DNA of 64,000 nucleotides. It comes from Peribolospora baueri. Taxonomy: Eukaryota. The translations under genes and the position numbers were made by a program. Positions 47,588 through 59,875 of the stretch are shown here, piece by piece; within the stretch, counting starts at the first letter, position 1; every line of letters begins with the position of its first letter. The notes under the pieces were generated by a model. That model had not been told where the DNA came from, ran no database searches, and saw only the letters and a list, made by a program, of their open reading frames with translations. The stretch covers positions 124,001 to 188,000 of the forward strand of contig JAMDHS010000028.1 in assembly GCA_029717555.1 (NCBI GenBank), written 5' to 3'.

Positions 47588-48539
47588 ATGGCCAGCCTTT
47601 TGCGACAGCCCTTGCGAGCGGCGATCGCGTCCGCTTCTAGGACATGGGCCTCGTCCACATCGTCTTTCGGTATTGTGGCGACGGTGGCGACTGTTCGTCG
47701 CGCCTCTAGTGCCTTCCGACCAGCGGGATCCGAGGACTCCGACGTGGTGCCCCTTTCGCCCCGACCTAAGCCTCCTTCGCCTTCCTTCTTCACTGGCCGA
47801 AGCTCCGAGGTCGACTCACTTCTTGCCTATGAGGCGGCTGCTCGACATAGTCCCCGAGGTGACGCCACCGTCTCGCATCGCCCTTCTCTCGATCCAACTC
47901 CGGCCCCGAGGCAGCCAAGGAAGAGAGGAGAGATGGACGAGGAGGGTAGGGCGTATGGGTTGGGGCGTAGGAAGGAGAGCTCGGCTCGCGTATGGATCAT
48001 TCCCGTTTGGGACCAGTTTGGCCTTGCGGCGCACGCGCAGGAGCCTTCGTCCACTCAATCTCGTCAGGGCGGTTCCCCAGCAAGCCTCTCTTCGCCCGTC
48101 GAATCATTGCCTCCGCCGAACCCAGGCGCCATCCTGGTCAACGGCGTGCCCGTCTCTGAGTACTTTGGGCGCTTTGTAGACCTCGAGACGGTCACCTGGC
48201 CACTCAAGCTCACTGGCCTCGTGGGTGCTTTCAACGTCTTCGCTCTCGTTCGCGGCGGCGGCACGACCGGTCAGGCCGGGGCTATCGCGCATGGCTTGGC
48301 CAAGGCGGTCGTGGTGGCAAAGCCTGAGCTGGAGAGGATACTTCTCAAAGGTGCGTGCGCTACTGCTCGATAAGGCCATATGTGTTATATATGTCCCCTG
48401 AGGTGGATGGCCTGACCTAATCGCTTCTACTTTCTTCCTATATTCAGACGGCGTGCTCAAGCGCGACCCGCGCATGGTGGAACGGAAAAAGACGGGTCGG
48501 GTCAAGGCGCGCAAGCGTCCCACTTGGGTTAAACGTTAG
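47588..48539 (+). CDS. MRPS9: Mitochondrial small-subunit ribosomal protein uS9m, 2 exons
   Basis: Presequence-like N-terminus, [77 protein letters not shown]. Confidence 0.95.
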
Positions 48540-48652
48540 GCGGAAGGAAATTTTTCGCCGACACGGCTGGCTTGTACACTATTCTCTTCTCTTCTCCGCC
48601 CTTCTCTGCTTTGTGCGGCTGGACGACTCTTGCAATGTGATAAGGAAGGCTG

Positions 48653-50112
48653 TCACTTCGCTTTGTGGATTCGTACAGCGTCGAGAAATTCTTCTTCCAG
48701 TCCCACTGAACGCAGCCTAGCGGTAACGACGGAGGAGCCCTAGGCTGTGAGCACACGAAATGGCGTTGAGACAGAAATCGGAAAACCCACCTCTCGCTCA
48801 GCTCGCTCATCGTTTCTACCTCTTCAACTCCGGGTCTGACCTTGGCTTTCCCTCCGACGCGCCAACATTCGGCTAAGGCAGCTTTGCCGCGCTTGCCTGC
48901 CAATGTCGGGGACGCGATTGCCCGTTCTCGAAGGGATGTTTCTGGCGGAGAAGGTAGTAATTGGGAGGAGGACAGAGCATACGGAACGGACAGGCGGACA
49001 GAGAGGGCGTGCCAGTTGAGGCTCTGCGCGAGAGGTATCGGAGTGAGCGGCAGGGTGAGAATGGATGGCGTATAAGGCACACAAGGCACGAAGGCGAGGA
49101 TAGCGCACTTTGATCCGTCGTACAAATTCGTCGATGTCGGATAATAGACCGTCCAAGACGATGATTCCCGGGTACCTGAGTGCAGCGGAGACCGTCAATG
49201 TCCAACATCCGAGGAAGTAAATTAAGGAGCTGGTGCTGAGACGACGAAGGTCTCCTCACCCTGGCTTGACGACACCCCAGCAATCCAACTCGGCTGCCCA
49301 TGCAATCAGATCCTTTCGTTTCCCAGTCGCCTTGATGTGGTGAGACCAGATGATCACTCGCTGGAATTCAAAGGTTGTCTTCCGCTCGTCTTCATCTTCG
49401 TTGTTGGCCGACTTGTTCCCGGCCGTCTGGCCGGAAATGTTGTCCGTCCGGCCTGTCGGGGAATGGGAAGGAAGACGCCTAGCGATGTGGTCCTGGAGGT
49501 GGATCAGCACGTCGTACACGCGGTGGTCTGCGAGTGTTTTCAAAGGGAAGACCATCATTATGACGTCCATGGGGCCCTTTTTCACGCCGTTCCTGCGTAC
49601 CGGCAGCGCTCACCTTCTTCTCTATTCGCCTCCACCCTCGCCAATACGAGAGCCGCAATCGATGCTTGAGTTGTCCTATCTAGTCCATCGCCCTTCGTTA
49701 GGATCACCGGATCTCGCCCTTCCTCCGGTAACAGCACGGACGCGGACTCAGAACGTGACCCGTAGCCGCGCGGGAGTTGTACGTCCAGCCAAACGCCTGG
49801 CAGCGACCTCCCGGCCGACGAGCGCTCCAAGGACACCTCGGCGGAGACCGCAACAAGGAACCGAAATGGCGTTAAAGCGTCCCAACGCCCCGCTCCTGTC
49901 TCGGCGTTCAACGGGGAAGGCTCGAAGTTTTCCGCTGCCACGACCAAGCGCTCCCAAAGAGCCTCCTCTCCTTCGTCGCCTTCATCTCTGGACCTCGCAG
50001 CCGGAACCCACCGAAATCCTCCTTGGGGTAATGAGGCGCGGAGAAGGACAAGCTCGGATATTTGAGCTTCGAGCGCTTCCTGTGAGGATGGTGAGGTGTC
50101 GGGGGTGGACAT
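48653..50112 (-). CDS. RWD-domain / DUF1115 (RWDD2-like) protein, ~5 exons
   Basis: EALEAQISELVLLRAS and LDVQLPRGY (RWD-like); FQRVIIWSHHIKATGKRK...WGVVKPG|YPGIIVLDG...EFVRRIK|SLNWHAL...VEEVETMSE...GLEEEFL (DUF1115). Confidence 0.85.
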
Positions 50113-50888
50113 TGGAGCGGCGGTGGTGCAAGCTAGCCCTACAACGGCGCTTGTTAGAGGTCGACATTGTTACGTAAGCGATCTTTGGCTATCTGAGCAC
50201 GTGGTGCCTTTCCTATTCTATTCTCCGAGGGGCTTCTCAAGCATGCCGAAGCTCTTCGAGTCATTATGTCGGGGGTCTCGCTTCTCAAGCTCTTATTTAT
50301 TGACGTCCTATTTCTTCCTTTGGATGCCGATGTTGCGAGTGATGGGCTGTCCGCTGAACCACCGCGGAAGGGGGATGTTGATCAAGCCATCCACTAAGAA
50401 GCCGCGTTCCTACCTTTCGACAGGTGTCGCGTCTTTGGGCGGTTCAGTGAAGATCTCGAATGGACTGGACTGGTCTTTTTACGCCCAGTGGATGGCTTTG
50501 CTACGTAACTGATGTTGTCCCCGCCCTGCCGTTCTGACCGTTCTGGCGAGAACGTGCAGCCCGTGGTCAGGACCGAGGCGCAAGTGCCTGGATGGCATGT
50601 AAAGCGCTCGTCCTTTCACGACTACAACCACCACCGTCTCTCCCAAGTTTCCCTTTTTCTCCCTTCTGCTCGCTCTCTGGCAGCAGCCTTAGGTGCTTTT
50701 TTAGCGCGGACAGGATCTGCTTGACTTCGGGGCTGGACCTCGCTTTACCATCCACATTCTCTTCGAACGCCCCCTAGTCCTCGCGCCTGGTGCGCTTTCT
50801 GTTCAGGCTTCGCCTCGCTCGGACCTGTGCGTTGATAGTCTTGAGGATTGGCACCCTTTTTTATTTTTATTTTTTTTCCTTCAACGAT

Positions 50889-53015
50889 ATGAAGGTCAGC
50901 CGCATACTCATCGGGCTCATGCTCGGTATCGTTGCCCTAGAGGCGGACGCCGCGCCTCTGGTCACGTCGTCCCTCTCTTCGCCCCAGTCGGTCTGGAGCC
51001 CCCTTAGGATGGAGCCGGTCACTCGACTCCTGCGCGCAGGTTCGTCTGCAATGGCCGCTCGGATGGATCGTGTACGTGCGGCTGTCGCGGATAGCGCCTT
51101 GGGAGCAGAGACGAGGGCCGGTCGAAGGAGAGCACAGAGCGCCGACCTGGACGACTGCTCGGACTCGCCTTCTTCCACTGCGTCTTCAAACACGTCGGTC
51201 TCACCAATGACTCCAAGTACCACTACCACACCGCCTTTTTCCACTGCGTCATCATACACGTCGGCATCGCCTACGACTCCATGTACCGCTTCCATACTGC
51301 CTTCTTCCACTGCATCATCAAACACATCGACCTCGCCCACGACTTTGCCCGCAATTTCGTCCGCATCTTCAAGTACTGCTACCACACCGCCCGCAACTTC
51401 AAGTCCTACTGACACATTGCCAGCGACTTCAAGTACTAGTGTCACACCGCCCGCAGCCTCTTCCTCTACCAATCCTGTGGCAACCCAGGCGGCCGCCTGC
51501 TTCCCTGCTCTCAACTTCACCACCCCGAACAAGGTGCCGACGTGGAACGGCAATGCGACAAAGGCGGACGGCGTCAGGGACGGCTGGTGGTGCAATTGGG
51601 ACGACGAGTACGCTTTCATGGGGTTCAGCTATGATTTGAGCGCGTGTGAGTTTGGAAACGGTTTGGGGCGGTGCCCCAATGGTGATATGAGGTGGAAGTG
51701 CGCACCTGCTAAATTGGTATTATGTCTTGTGTACGTGCTCCCACACAGGCCCGTCCAAGGCCAAGATGTCGTCCGACTTCAAAAGGATGCGCAGCCAGTT
51801 CAATGCTCGCTACGTCAGGCTCTATTCTGCCTGGTCAGTCTCGAAAGACTGCTGACAAACAGGCTGCTTTACTCATGATACTGAAAAACGTGTCTTCTTC
51901 TCTTTGAACAGTGACAAATCCGGCTTCATGGACGACGTGATCGACACGGCATATTCGGCCAATATCGGCGTACACGCGCTGCTCTGGTTTGGCTTTGACG
52001 GGACCTTGAACGCCTATAGGCCTCGCAAGGCGTCCATGCTCAAGACGCTGAAGAGCAACCCGAAGGCTCCGCTCGTCGTGCGAGCCTTGGCCGCCGGCAG
52101 CGAGCCCCTCTTTGACTGGGTGAGAAATCGTGCGCAGCGAGTCTTCTTTGCTCTATCTGTTGCTTTTGCTTCTCCTGAAGTTTGGCTTGGCTCCCCTGTT
52201 TCACCTACCGAACTGCGCAGGCCATCTCGCCGTCTCAGCTCGCATCGGAGGTGGCCGATATCAAGAGTCAGCTGAAGTCTCTCGGGATCAAGGTGACAGT
52301 CTCGGACATGCCATGTGAGCAACATTCGTTGTCTCACCGGTCGGTCGGCTAGGTCACACGCGGTAACTTACAAGATTGTTTCTCGTTGTGTCTGACCGCC
52401 TCGCAGACGGTTTCCAAATCCACCACAATGCGCCGCAGGTCTTCAACGCGATAGACTTGGTCGAGGGGAACAGTGAGTCGAGGTCCCATCCATACTTCAT
52501 TAAGTGCCCTCCGCTGGAACGGGTTGCTGACGTTATCCGCCACATAGTCCTCCCGTTTTTCGACTCTTCCGCGACCACGGGAGGCTCTTCAAAGACGTGG
52601 TCATTTGTCCACTGGTCACTCAACTACTTCCTCTCACAACCGGCTGTCAAGTTGGCGGGCAAAAAGGTTCTTTTCACCCAGACGGGCTGGCCGTCGAACC
52701 AAAATGTGTGGAAGGCGAACAGCAGGACGGCGGTGGCGAGCGTGGGCAACGAGCATGCTTACTTCTCCTTGCTCGACAGCAAGTGCGAGATGTTCAAACA
52801 TCAGCAAGGCGGCGGTGTGGGGTGGTTTGCTCAAATTTGGGAGGACTCCATGGTGAGTTAGGCTGCGTTTGTGTTTGTCTCTATGTGACAGGAGCGACGA
52901 TATTGACCGATCAGCTACTGGCGGTTGCCACGTCGAAAAACAGCTGGACGGATGGGGCATCGTTGGACAGGGCGGCAAGCCAAAGTTCCGCTTTGCGCCC
53001 CGCACAGAGTGTTAG
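50889..53015 (+). CDS. Secreted GH17-like glycoside hydrolase with a Ser/Thr-rich linker, ~7 exons
   Basis: Signal peptide MKVSRILIGLMLGIVALEADA; CFPA...WWC...EYAFMGFSY; ARYVRLYSAC; GVHALLWFGFDG; GSEPLFD; LPFF; TQTGWPS; GVGWFAQIW; GWGI...PKF.FAPRTEC*. Confidence 0.88.
51167..51460 (+). repeat. Coding minisatellites: three ~66-bp units, then ~30-bp units, in the S/T linker
   Basis: GCCTT(C/T)TTCCACTGC.TC.TCA.ACAC.TCG at 51167, 51233 and 51299; CTTCAAGT... repeated at 30-bp spacing from ~51367. Confidence 0.85.
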
Positions 53016-54724
53016 ATGGTGACTCTAGACGCTGTCGTTCAGCTGCAGGTGTGTTTTCCAGCACATGTAAGCTATGTCTACACCTTGGCGCTCGATCGGG
53101 CCGACAGAGGCGAGCTGTGGGCGACGTCCGGTGCCGCGTCGTCGAACACCTAAGATCTCGCGTTGGCTCGGTGCTGCTGCGGCGCACGCGCGTGCGTTCC
53201 CCTGTGGCCGTGGCCGGTCGCAACGATGACGCTGCTCGTCTCGTCATTGTACCGTAGCAGGTCGGGTTCGGGTCGATTCGACCACCGCAAGCGGGACAAG
53301 CCCGTTCTATCCAGGTATCCCACATGCACTTGCCTCACACGGAGTGTCGATGCCGCCGCCGCTGCCGCCCGGCCGTCGAGGCGCCATGGCAAGGCATGTC
53401 TATGCTCCGATGGCAGTGGTGCGAAGAACCGTTGACCTTGGCCGGCCGTTCCTCGTGAGATGCACAGGTCGACCGTCGGCCCACGAGATTGTCGGCAACG
53501 CGTACAGCGTTTGATGTGGCTCCCTAATGTTTTCTTCGCAGCCTTCCTTTCCTACCAAGCCTGGTTTGCAACCATCTGTCATCTTCCAGGCCGGCATCTC
53601 ACATGTGGCTTCAAATGAGCTTCATACCCGATCGTCTTCGTCCGCCTCGCAGACGGCCGGCCGTGTCGCAGTAACGGGATCAAATCCTATAAATAATTTA
53701 ACTGATGAACATCGATTAAGTATTAGTAAAGCTAATAGTAAACCTATTTTTGTTTATTTAGATAATACTCTGACGACGACACATGTACACGAGCGAGCTG
53801 AGCTCATTCCCCCCGCCCGCGTGCTCACCATACCCATTTCTCGTTGCCTCTCTCTCGAGTCCCTTGTCCATTTCGGGCGACGAGGCGAGGCTCGCGACCT
53901 ATACCTGTCCTGCTGTTCTCGTCTCTTCACAGTCGTCAACGTCTGCGAAGCCGACCTCAAGGTGTCCTTCTCCCTCACGTGTTGTATGGAAGTCCGCGGT
54001 GTCGAGCAGTGGGGCCGCGAGACCGTGTACGTTTCCCCCAATACCGTTCCTGCCTTAAAGGTCGGACAGCCGGCGCCGATGGGAACGTACAAGGTGGAGG
54101 AGCTGGTCAAATGTGGCAGGTGGGACACCGTGAGTCGTCCGGGCTGACTCAGGCCGTCGTCGTCGTCCCTGAATCAGGCACCTCGCCTTTGCACTGTCGA
54201 ACGAGATCACGAGGACGCGGCATCGCACGTAGCTTTCGATGAACAGAACGCGAACGAGTGGAATACGATGCTACGTATCGCGAGCGAACGTGTCGAGATC
54301 CTTTTTCTGTCGCAATCCGATGGGACCGACTCACAGTTGGAGTAATCCCACGTGATCCTCTCCAGCCTGGGACCGTCAACGGGTCCGAAGCGGAAAGCGG
54401 GGGGCATGGAGACAGGCTTGACGATTCTGAACTGATACACGGCGCTGTTGAGGGTGGTAGTGTTGAAGGCGAATTTCTCCTTGGCGCTCATTGGCTTGAT
54501 CCTCTCCGACGCAGTCGTCGCCCCGCTGGCTCATGCAGTGCAGCGGACATGCATGTAGTATACATAGGCCGACAAGCCATCCTTTCCTTGCCTGCCCTTT
54601 CTCACATCCATTTCTCTCTCTCAGACCCGCCGTGCACTCCCCCCCCGTCGACGACCATTACTCCCCTCTACTTCGTTCCTCCACCTCAGTTCATCGTAAT
54701 CCCGACCCATTTTTTACGGGCCTT

Positions 54725-56628
54725 TTATCCCATTTTGGCTCTCTTCTCCGAGTCCACAGACGCGTCCGCGCCAGACTCGTCCACCCTCCTCTTCTCGCCT
54801 GAGCCTTGTAGCGACTGTGTGTTGCGGCCGACATGGACGGACGTGGAGGCAGCGTCCCCGACGGCGGCGGCCACCTTCTTGCGCACGAGCTGCGACAAGT
54901 CGTTCACCTGGCCCCTTCCTGCCGCTCCTCCGCTCGTTGCACCCGGAAAAACAGAGCCGTTTGCCCCCGATGACTTGCCGAGGATGGACTCGGCGATCGT
55001 CTGCGCCACGTCCGTGTCGCCGCCTTGAGCGTTCGGCGGTGAGGCCTTGTACTCTTCCAGCTGTCGGAGGAGAGTGTGCGTGGAAGGGGGTCGGGGAAGT
55101 TAGATTAGGCGGCAAAGATGAGGCACAGAAGCGTTTGTCAGTAAGAGGCCCCGATCCGATCCGGCGGAGAAAAGGGAGAGAGACGAGCAGGATTCCGTGC
55201 TCACTCTGACGTCTAGCTCTGCGACGATTTCCTGGACCTCCTTGAGCTCCTTCTCCACTTGAGCGTCCTCCATGACGTCGATATCATCTACCGGCTCCGA
55301 TTCCTGCGCCTTTCCCTTTCCTTTTCCATTTTCCTTCTCGCTCGCCTCCTCCTCCTTCGCCTCTCTTTTCCCCTCCCTCTTCCTCTTCTCCAACCTTTCC
55401 CTCCTCATCTCCGAAACCTCCCTGGCCTTCTCAATATGTCCAAGCGCTTCCTCTCGACGGGATTGATCGGAGTGGAAAGGGAGGCAGAGGCCAAGACGGT
55501 AGTGCACCTCTGCAAGGCGGTGCGAGGTGGGAGAGTAAAGCGTGCTTCCAAGGGTCAGAGCCGCTTCGTATTCCCCTGTGGCGGCGTCGAACTGCTCTGT
55601 AGAAGGGTGAGATGATACGAGGACAGAAGGCAAGTTCATAGTGTCAGCGAGCGACGGTCCCAGGCCATCCTAAGGATGTCTTAACGCGGTTAATGCCATC
55701 CCTCCAACTGACGACTCACCTCCCTCCATGCTGATCTCTCCCAAAGCCATATGACAGTCCACCCTCCTTCCTCTAGCCTTCTTCCCTTCCGCTGTCGTCT
55801 CCCCACCCTTCTCCGCCTCGATTTTCTCGAACTGTGCCCTGGAGAAGTCCAAAACTTCCCACGCCGTGGCAAAATCGTCCTCTTCCTCTTCGCCTTCCTC
55901 CTCAGCTTGGCGTTCATCCTCGGCGTCATCATCTTCGGCATCACCATCGATCGCGTCTCCGACGAAGGAGAAGCGGGGGTCGGAGGCCACTGTGGAGGAG
56001 GAAGGGGCTGATGCGGCTGCATGCGAACGCGAGCACCCCATCATGGTAGACGGGGCATTGAAAGGTCAAAACCAAAGACGTTTGGCAAAGAGGGAACAGA
56101 TTAAGGGCTCGTGAGATGTACTAACCAATCTCACCAGCGGCCTTGTCCGCGGCCTTGTTAGACTTCGAAGGTGCTTCCGGTCCCCCGCCGCCCAGTGCTG
56201 AGCTCTGCGAGATCGCGTACTCGAGCAACGACACTCCGTACATGTATTGGGGTTCTGCAAGAACAATAGAATCCTCTCCGTGTTCCTGCCGGCTGGACGA
56301 AAGAGGAGATTTGAAGGGCATAGCTTGAGACGACATATTGAATAGAGACGCGGGTGAGACCCACGAGTGGACAGGAAACAAGCTCACAGCAATTCGAGCG
56401 CCTCCCCAAACTCTTCCACGGCATCGAACCACTTCTTCAGCGCGAACGAACGATTGGCCTCGTCGAGCCATGCCTGCACTGTTTTCTTGGGCGCCTCGTC
56501 TGGCGCGGCGGCTGTTGTGCTCGTCGGCCTGTTAGGAGAGCGGAGAGGCGATGCGTAAGCGAGCAGGAAGGGGGTCAAAATTGCAACATGGTAGGCGCGG
56601 AGCTGACTCACTGTGAATCCAAGGACAT
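54725..56628 (-). CDS. SIM3: NASP/Sim3/Hif1-family histone H3 chaperone (SHNi-TPR), ~6 exons
   Basis: EANRSFALKKWFDAVEEFGEALE, YMYGVSLLEYAI, acidic insert, DDFATAWEVLD, HMALGEISMEG|EQFDAATGEY, RLAEVHYRLGL, C-terminal VNDLSQLVRKK and KRAK. Confidence 0.92.
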
Positions 56629-57257
56629 GGTCTCGTCGGCAACAAGTGAGGGATCTTGATCCCTGCTGGCGGTGGTGATGGGTCGATCGAAGAGCCAGTA
56701 CAGTCTCGCGGTCGACTTGGACGCGACCCTTTGCGCGTCGGCTGCGGCAAGCACGCGCGCTCCTGGGCACGATACGATCCGGAGCACGTTCTAACCAGGA
56801 AACCGGCACCCGACTATCGGCGTCGCCTCGCCGTCCATCGGTCCACACACAGGTCGAGCTGAGGTCAGTGCAAGTACACACCGCCAGAAAAGCAATGTAC
56901 AGGCGGAGAGGAGTGTGGTCAGCGACGCCGCTCTCATTCGCTCCGCGTCGACGGCAAGATGGACGCGCCGGGCGTCTCCGTGGTTGCTGCGGCATCGGCT
57001 AAAGTCTTCCTCCTATCCAGTCCAGTCTGTTCGTCTGACCTCTGGCCAAAATGCCGGTCTATCTTTTGCTCGGGTGACTATCGCCTCTACGTTCGCTCTC
57101 TTCGTGCAACTGCTCGTCTCTTTCATTTGCTACCATATCTACTTACAGCTCCGACAGCGACGTCGTTCATCTGTGAGGCATCGTTGCGCATCGCCTTCAT
57201 GCGCGCCTACAGGTGAAGGCAAACATGGGCAGCTGTCTTCATTCACAGGCTGCAGAC

Positions 57258-59747
57258 ATGCAAGCAGAGCTGGAAGTAAGTCAAACTGCGCGCGGCTGAG
57301 CTGGCTGCTCGTTTTCTGACACTCCGTTTCTGTTATTTAAACCTCGACTTTACGCTCGGCAGGCGGCTTTCAGTCCTCCCCTTGATTCAGCTCTTGTGGC
57401 AGCGATCGCCCTAGAGCCTGGTCAAACGTACGAAAATGCGTATTCGGTGTTGTCCGTCTTGGCGAAGGAGGCGGATGACGAGGCTCAGCGTAGCTCTTGG
57501 GTAGACGTCCCTGTGAATGAGAGTCCTAGCGCTTCGCACAGTGGACGAGTCTCGCCGGCGGGCGGCAGTGGAACCGGGTATGGGAACGGAAGTTCAAGGT
57601 CGGAGGACTCGGTGAGCGTGCGAAGAGCGCTGGAGGAGTGGAGTCTTGCAGAGGAGAGCGAGTTTGGGACGGGAAAAAGCTCGGCCAGCTCGTCTTCGGC
57701 GTGGCTCTCTTCTTCACCTTCGAGCTCGCAGACGCATTCTGCGGCTGGATACGAAGACTCCGTCGACGACGACTACTCTCCTCAGCTCTTCTTGCGCACG
57801 GCCTTCCCTGGCCGGACACATTCCTTTCTTTCCGACATCCTAGATTCGAACGACGGCGATGTGCAGGCTGTCATCGACAGACTGCTGTTACTCGACATGC
57901 TCGAGGCCGAGGCCGCGAAGGAGGGTCTGCGTGGAAGGAAGGATCCGGAAGAAGGCGGCAGTCTTGGTGGCGGGGGGAACACGGGTGTCGAGCTGAGCGG
58001 GAGGCGGAGAGGAGATCAGGGTGAAGAAGACGCCTTCCTCGCTAATGGCTTTGGCGGAGGCAAAACACGACGACTAAAGCACAACCCGGCGGTTTCTCGT
58101 GTTGCAGCTGGAAACGGTCACTCTTTGTCGTCCTCGGAGCGTTTGGTCGATAAATCTTCGAAGGTGAAGGTCAATCTAACCGATGTGAGGCAAGGCGGGC
58201 CTCCCATCGATCGACGTCACCCGGGTCGACTACATCATGGTTCTGAAGGATCCCCGGTAGTATCCGGAAGGTCTTCCCCGATCGCAACGTCTGCTCTAGA
58301 GGAGCCTCTCGACAATAGATGGGTCTTGACTTCGTCATTAGCAGCCCAGCTCTCCCTTCTGCTATCCATCCCGCCTGATAAGATCAGCGCCGAGATAACG
58401 CGCTCCTCCTTCAACGTTCGCCTCGCTATTGCTCGACTCATTTTCAACCTCGCCGAGCAAACACCCCTGTCCAGCCTTCTCCGTGGGAAGGAGACACTCG
58501 ACACGTTATCAGCCGCCCTACCGGACCGGAAGAGACGCGATGTCGAGCTCGCGCTGCGTGCTACTGGTGGCAAGGCGGATGAAGCGTTGGATCTGCTCAA
58601 CATTCAGGACACTGCAGCTCGAGAGAGCGCGGCGGAGGACCCTCTGGATCCTTTGGGCAAATTGGAAGCTGGAGAGCCGATCCATAGATCGGCGAACCTA
58701 CCGGCCGCCACTGCTGGGAGCGGATTCCAGTCTTCTTTCGAGGCATCTGCATCGAACGGTTTGCAAGGCTCATCTTCCAGAGCCGGTACTTACGGAGGTG
58801 TGCTCGGTCGCAAGAGCAAATCCTCCGGAGCTGCTGCTTCTTCGGAAATCGTGAACGGTGGTCGAAATGGCTCTTTACGTAGCGCCTTTGCTGCGCCTGC
58901 CAGGATGGTCTCGCTACCGACGTCTGCGTCGCCTACTCCCTCTGGCTCCTCCACGCCCCACCTCCCCGCAGGAACTTTGCTGAGGCCTTCCCATGGTCGC
59001 CTGGGAGGTGGTGTACCTGATCTCGACGCAGCGACATGCCAAGAGATTAGCACAGAGTACTATCAGCGCCGAAAGGAGGCTCTCCAGAAGGCTGCTCGGC
59101 ACTGGAAAGAGTCGAAGGGACAGGCGGGTGGAAGCAGGAAGGGAGAGGGACAGGGCGGTATCGCGTTTCATTATGCTGAGGAGGCAAGGAAACTCGATGC
59201 CAAGGCCAGAGCTTGGAGGTTGAGGGCTGCTAGAGGACTGGTGATGGCCAGGTGTGTTTCGTATTTCCTCTCACGTTTTTTCCTTTCCTTAGGAGCTTAT
59301 TCCGAGCTTACCACTAACGATCGCGCTGCTACCGCATTCCGCGGACAGTTGGTCGGCTGACCCCCACACCATCGATCTGCATGGTGTGACGGTGCATGAC
59401 GCACTGACCGTTGTGCATGAAACTGTCAACACTTGGTGGAGTCGAGGGAGTGAGTGTCTGCTCAGAGTGTCAACAATTTCATGTCTAATGGGTTGGCTAG
59501 TTCTCTCCGGCCAGCCCTCTTCCTCTCCGATTCACAGATGCTGACTTCTTATTTTCTCCTCTCCGCTGCTCTTCATCCAGTCGAAGCGCCAACGCACCCG
59601 CTCGTCATCATCACCGGAGTAGGACGGCATTCGCCGCGAGCGGTATCTGTCCTGCGCCCCGCCGTCGCTAAGTTGCTCGAGAGGGAGGGTTGGCGGTATG
59701 AGGTCGATGCACACCGAGGTATCATAACCGTCCGCGGCGTTCGCTAG
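57258..59747 (+). CDS. CUE2: CUE/UBA-like + DUF1771 + Smr endonuclease (Cue2-like)
   Basis: FSPPLDSALVAAI; FLRTAFPG...DGDVQAVID (CUE-like); AFHYAEEAR; IDLHGVTVHDAL; LVIITGVGRHS...LRPAVAKLLEREGW (Smr). Start codon approximate. Confidence 0.85.
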
Positions 59748-59875
59748 GCGAGACTGCACAATATACCATTGGGAAGGCGCTTGGGATCATTGCTTTACTT
59801 CAGCATTACATATCCGTTGTAGCATAACATAATAGAGCTATCGCGCGCCCTACGAATCTCTACTCGGAGGATGGT

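Noticed and set aside
15729..56628. Two histone chaperones (CAC2, NASP/Sim3) plus NUP2 and NEM1 as a functional cluster
   Set aside because: Separated by many unrelated genes, with no evidence of co-regulation. Compatible with chance.
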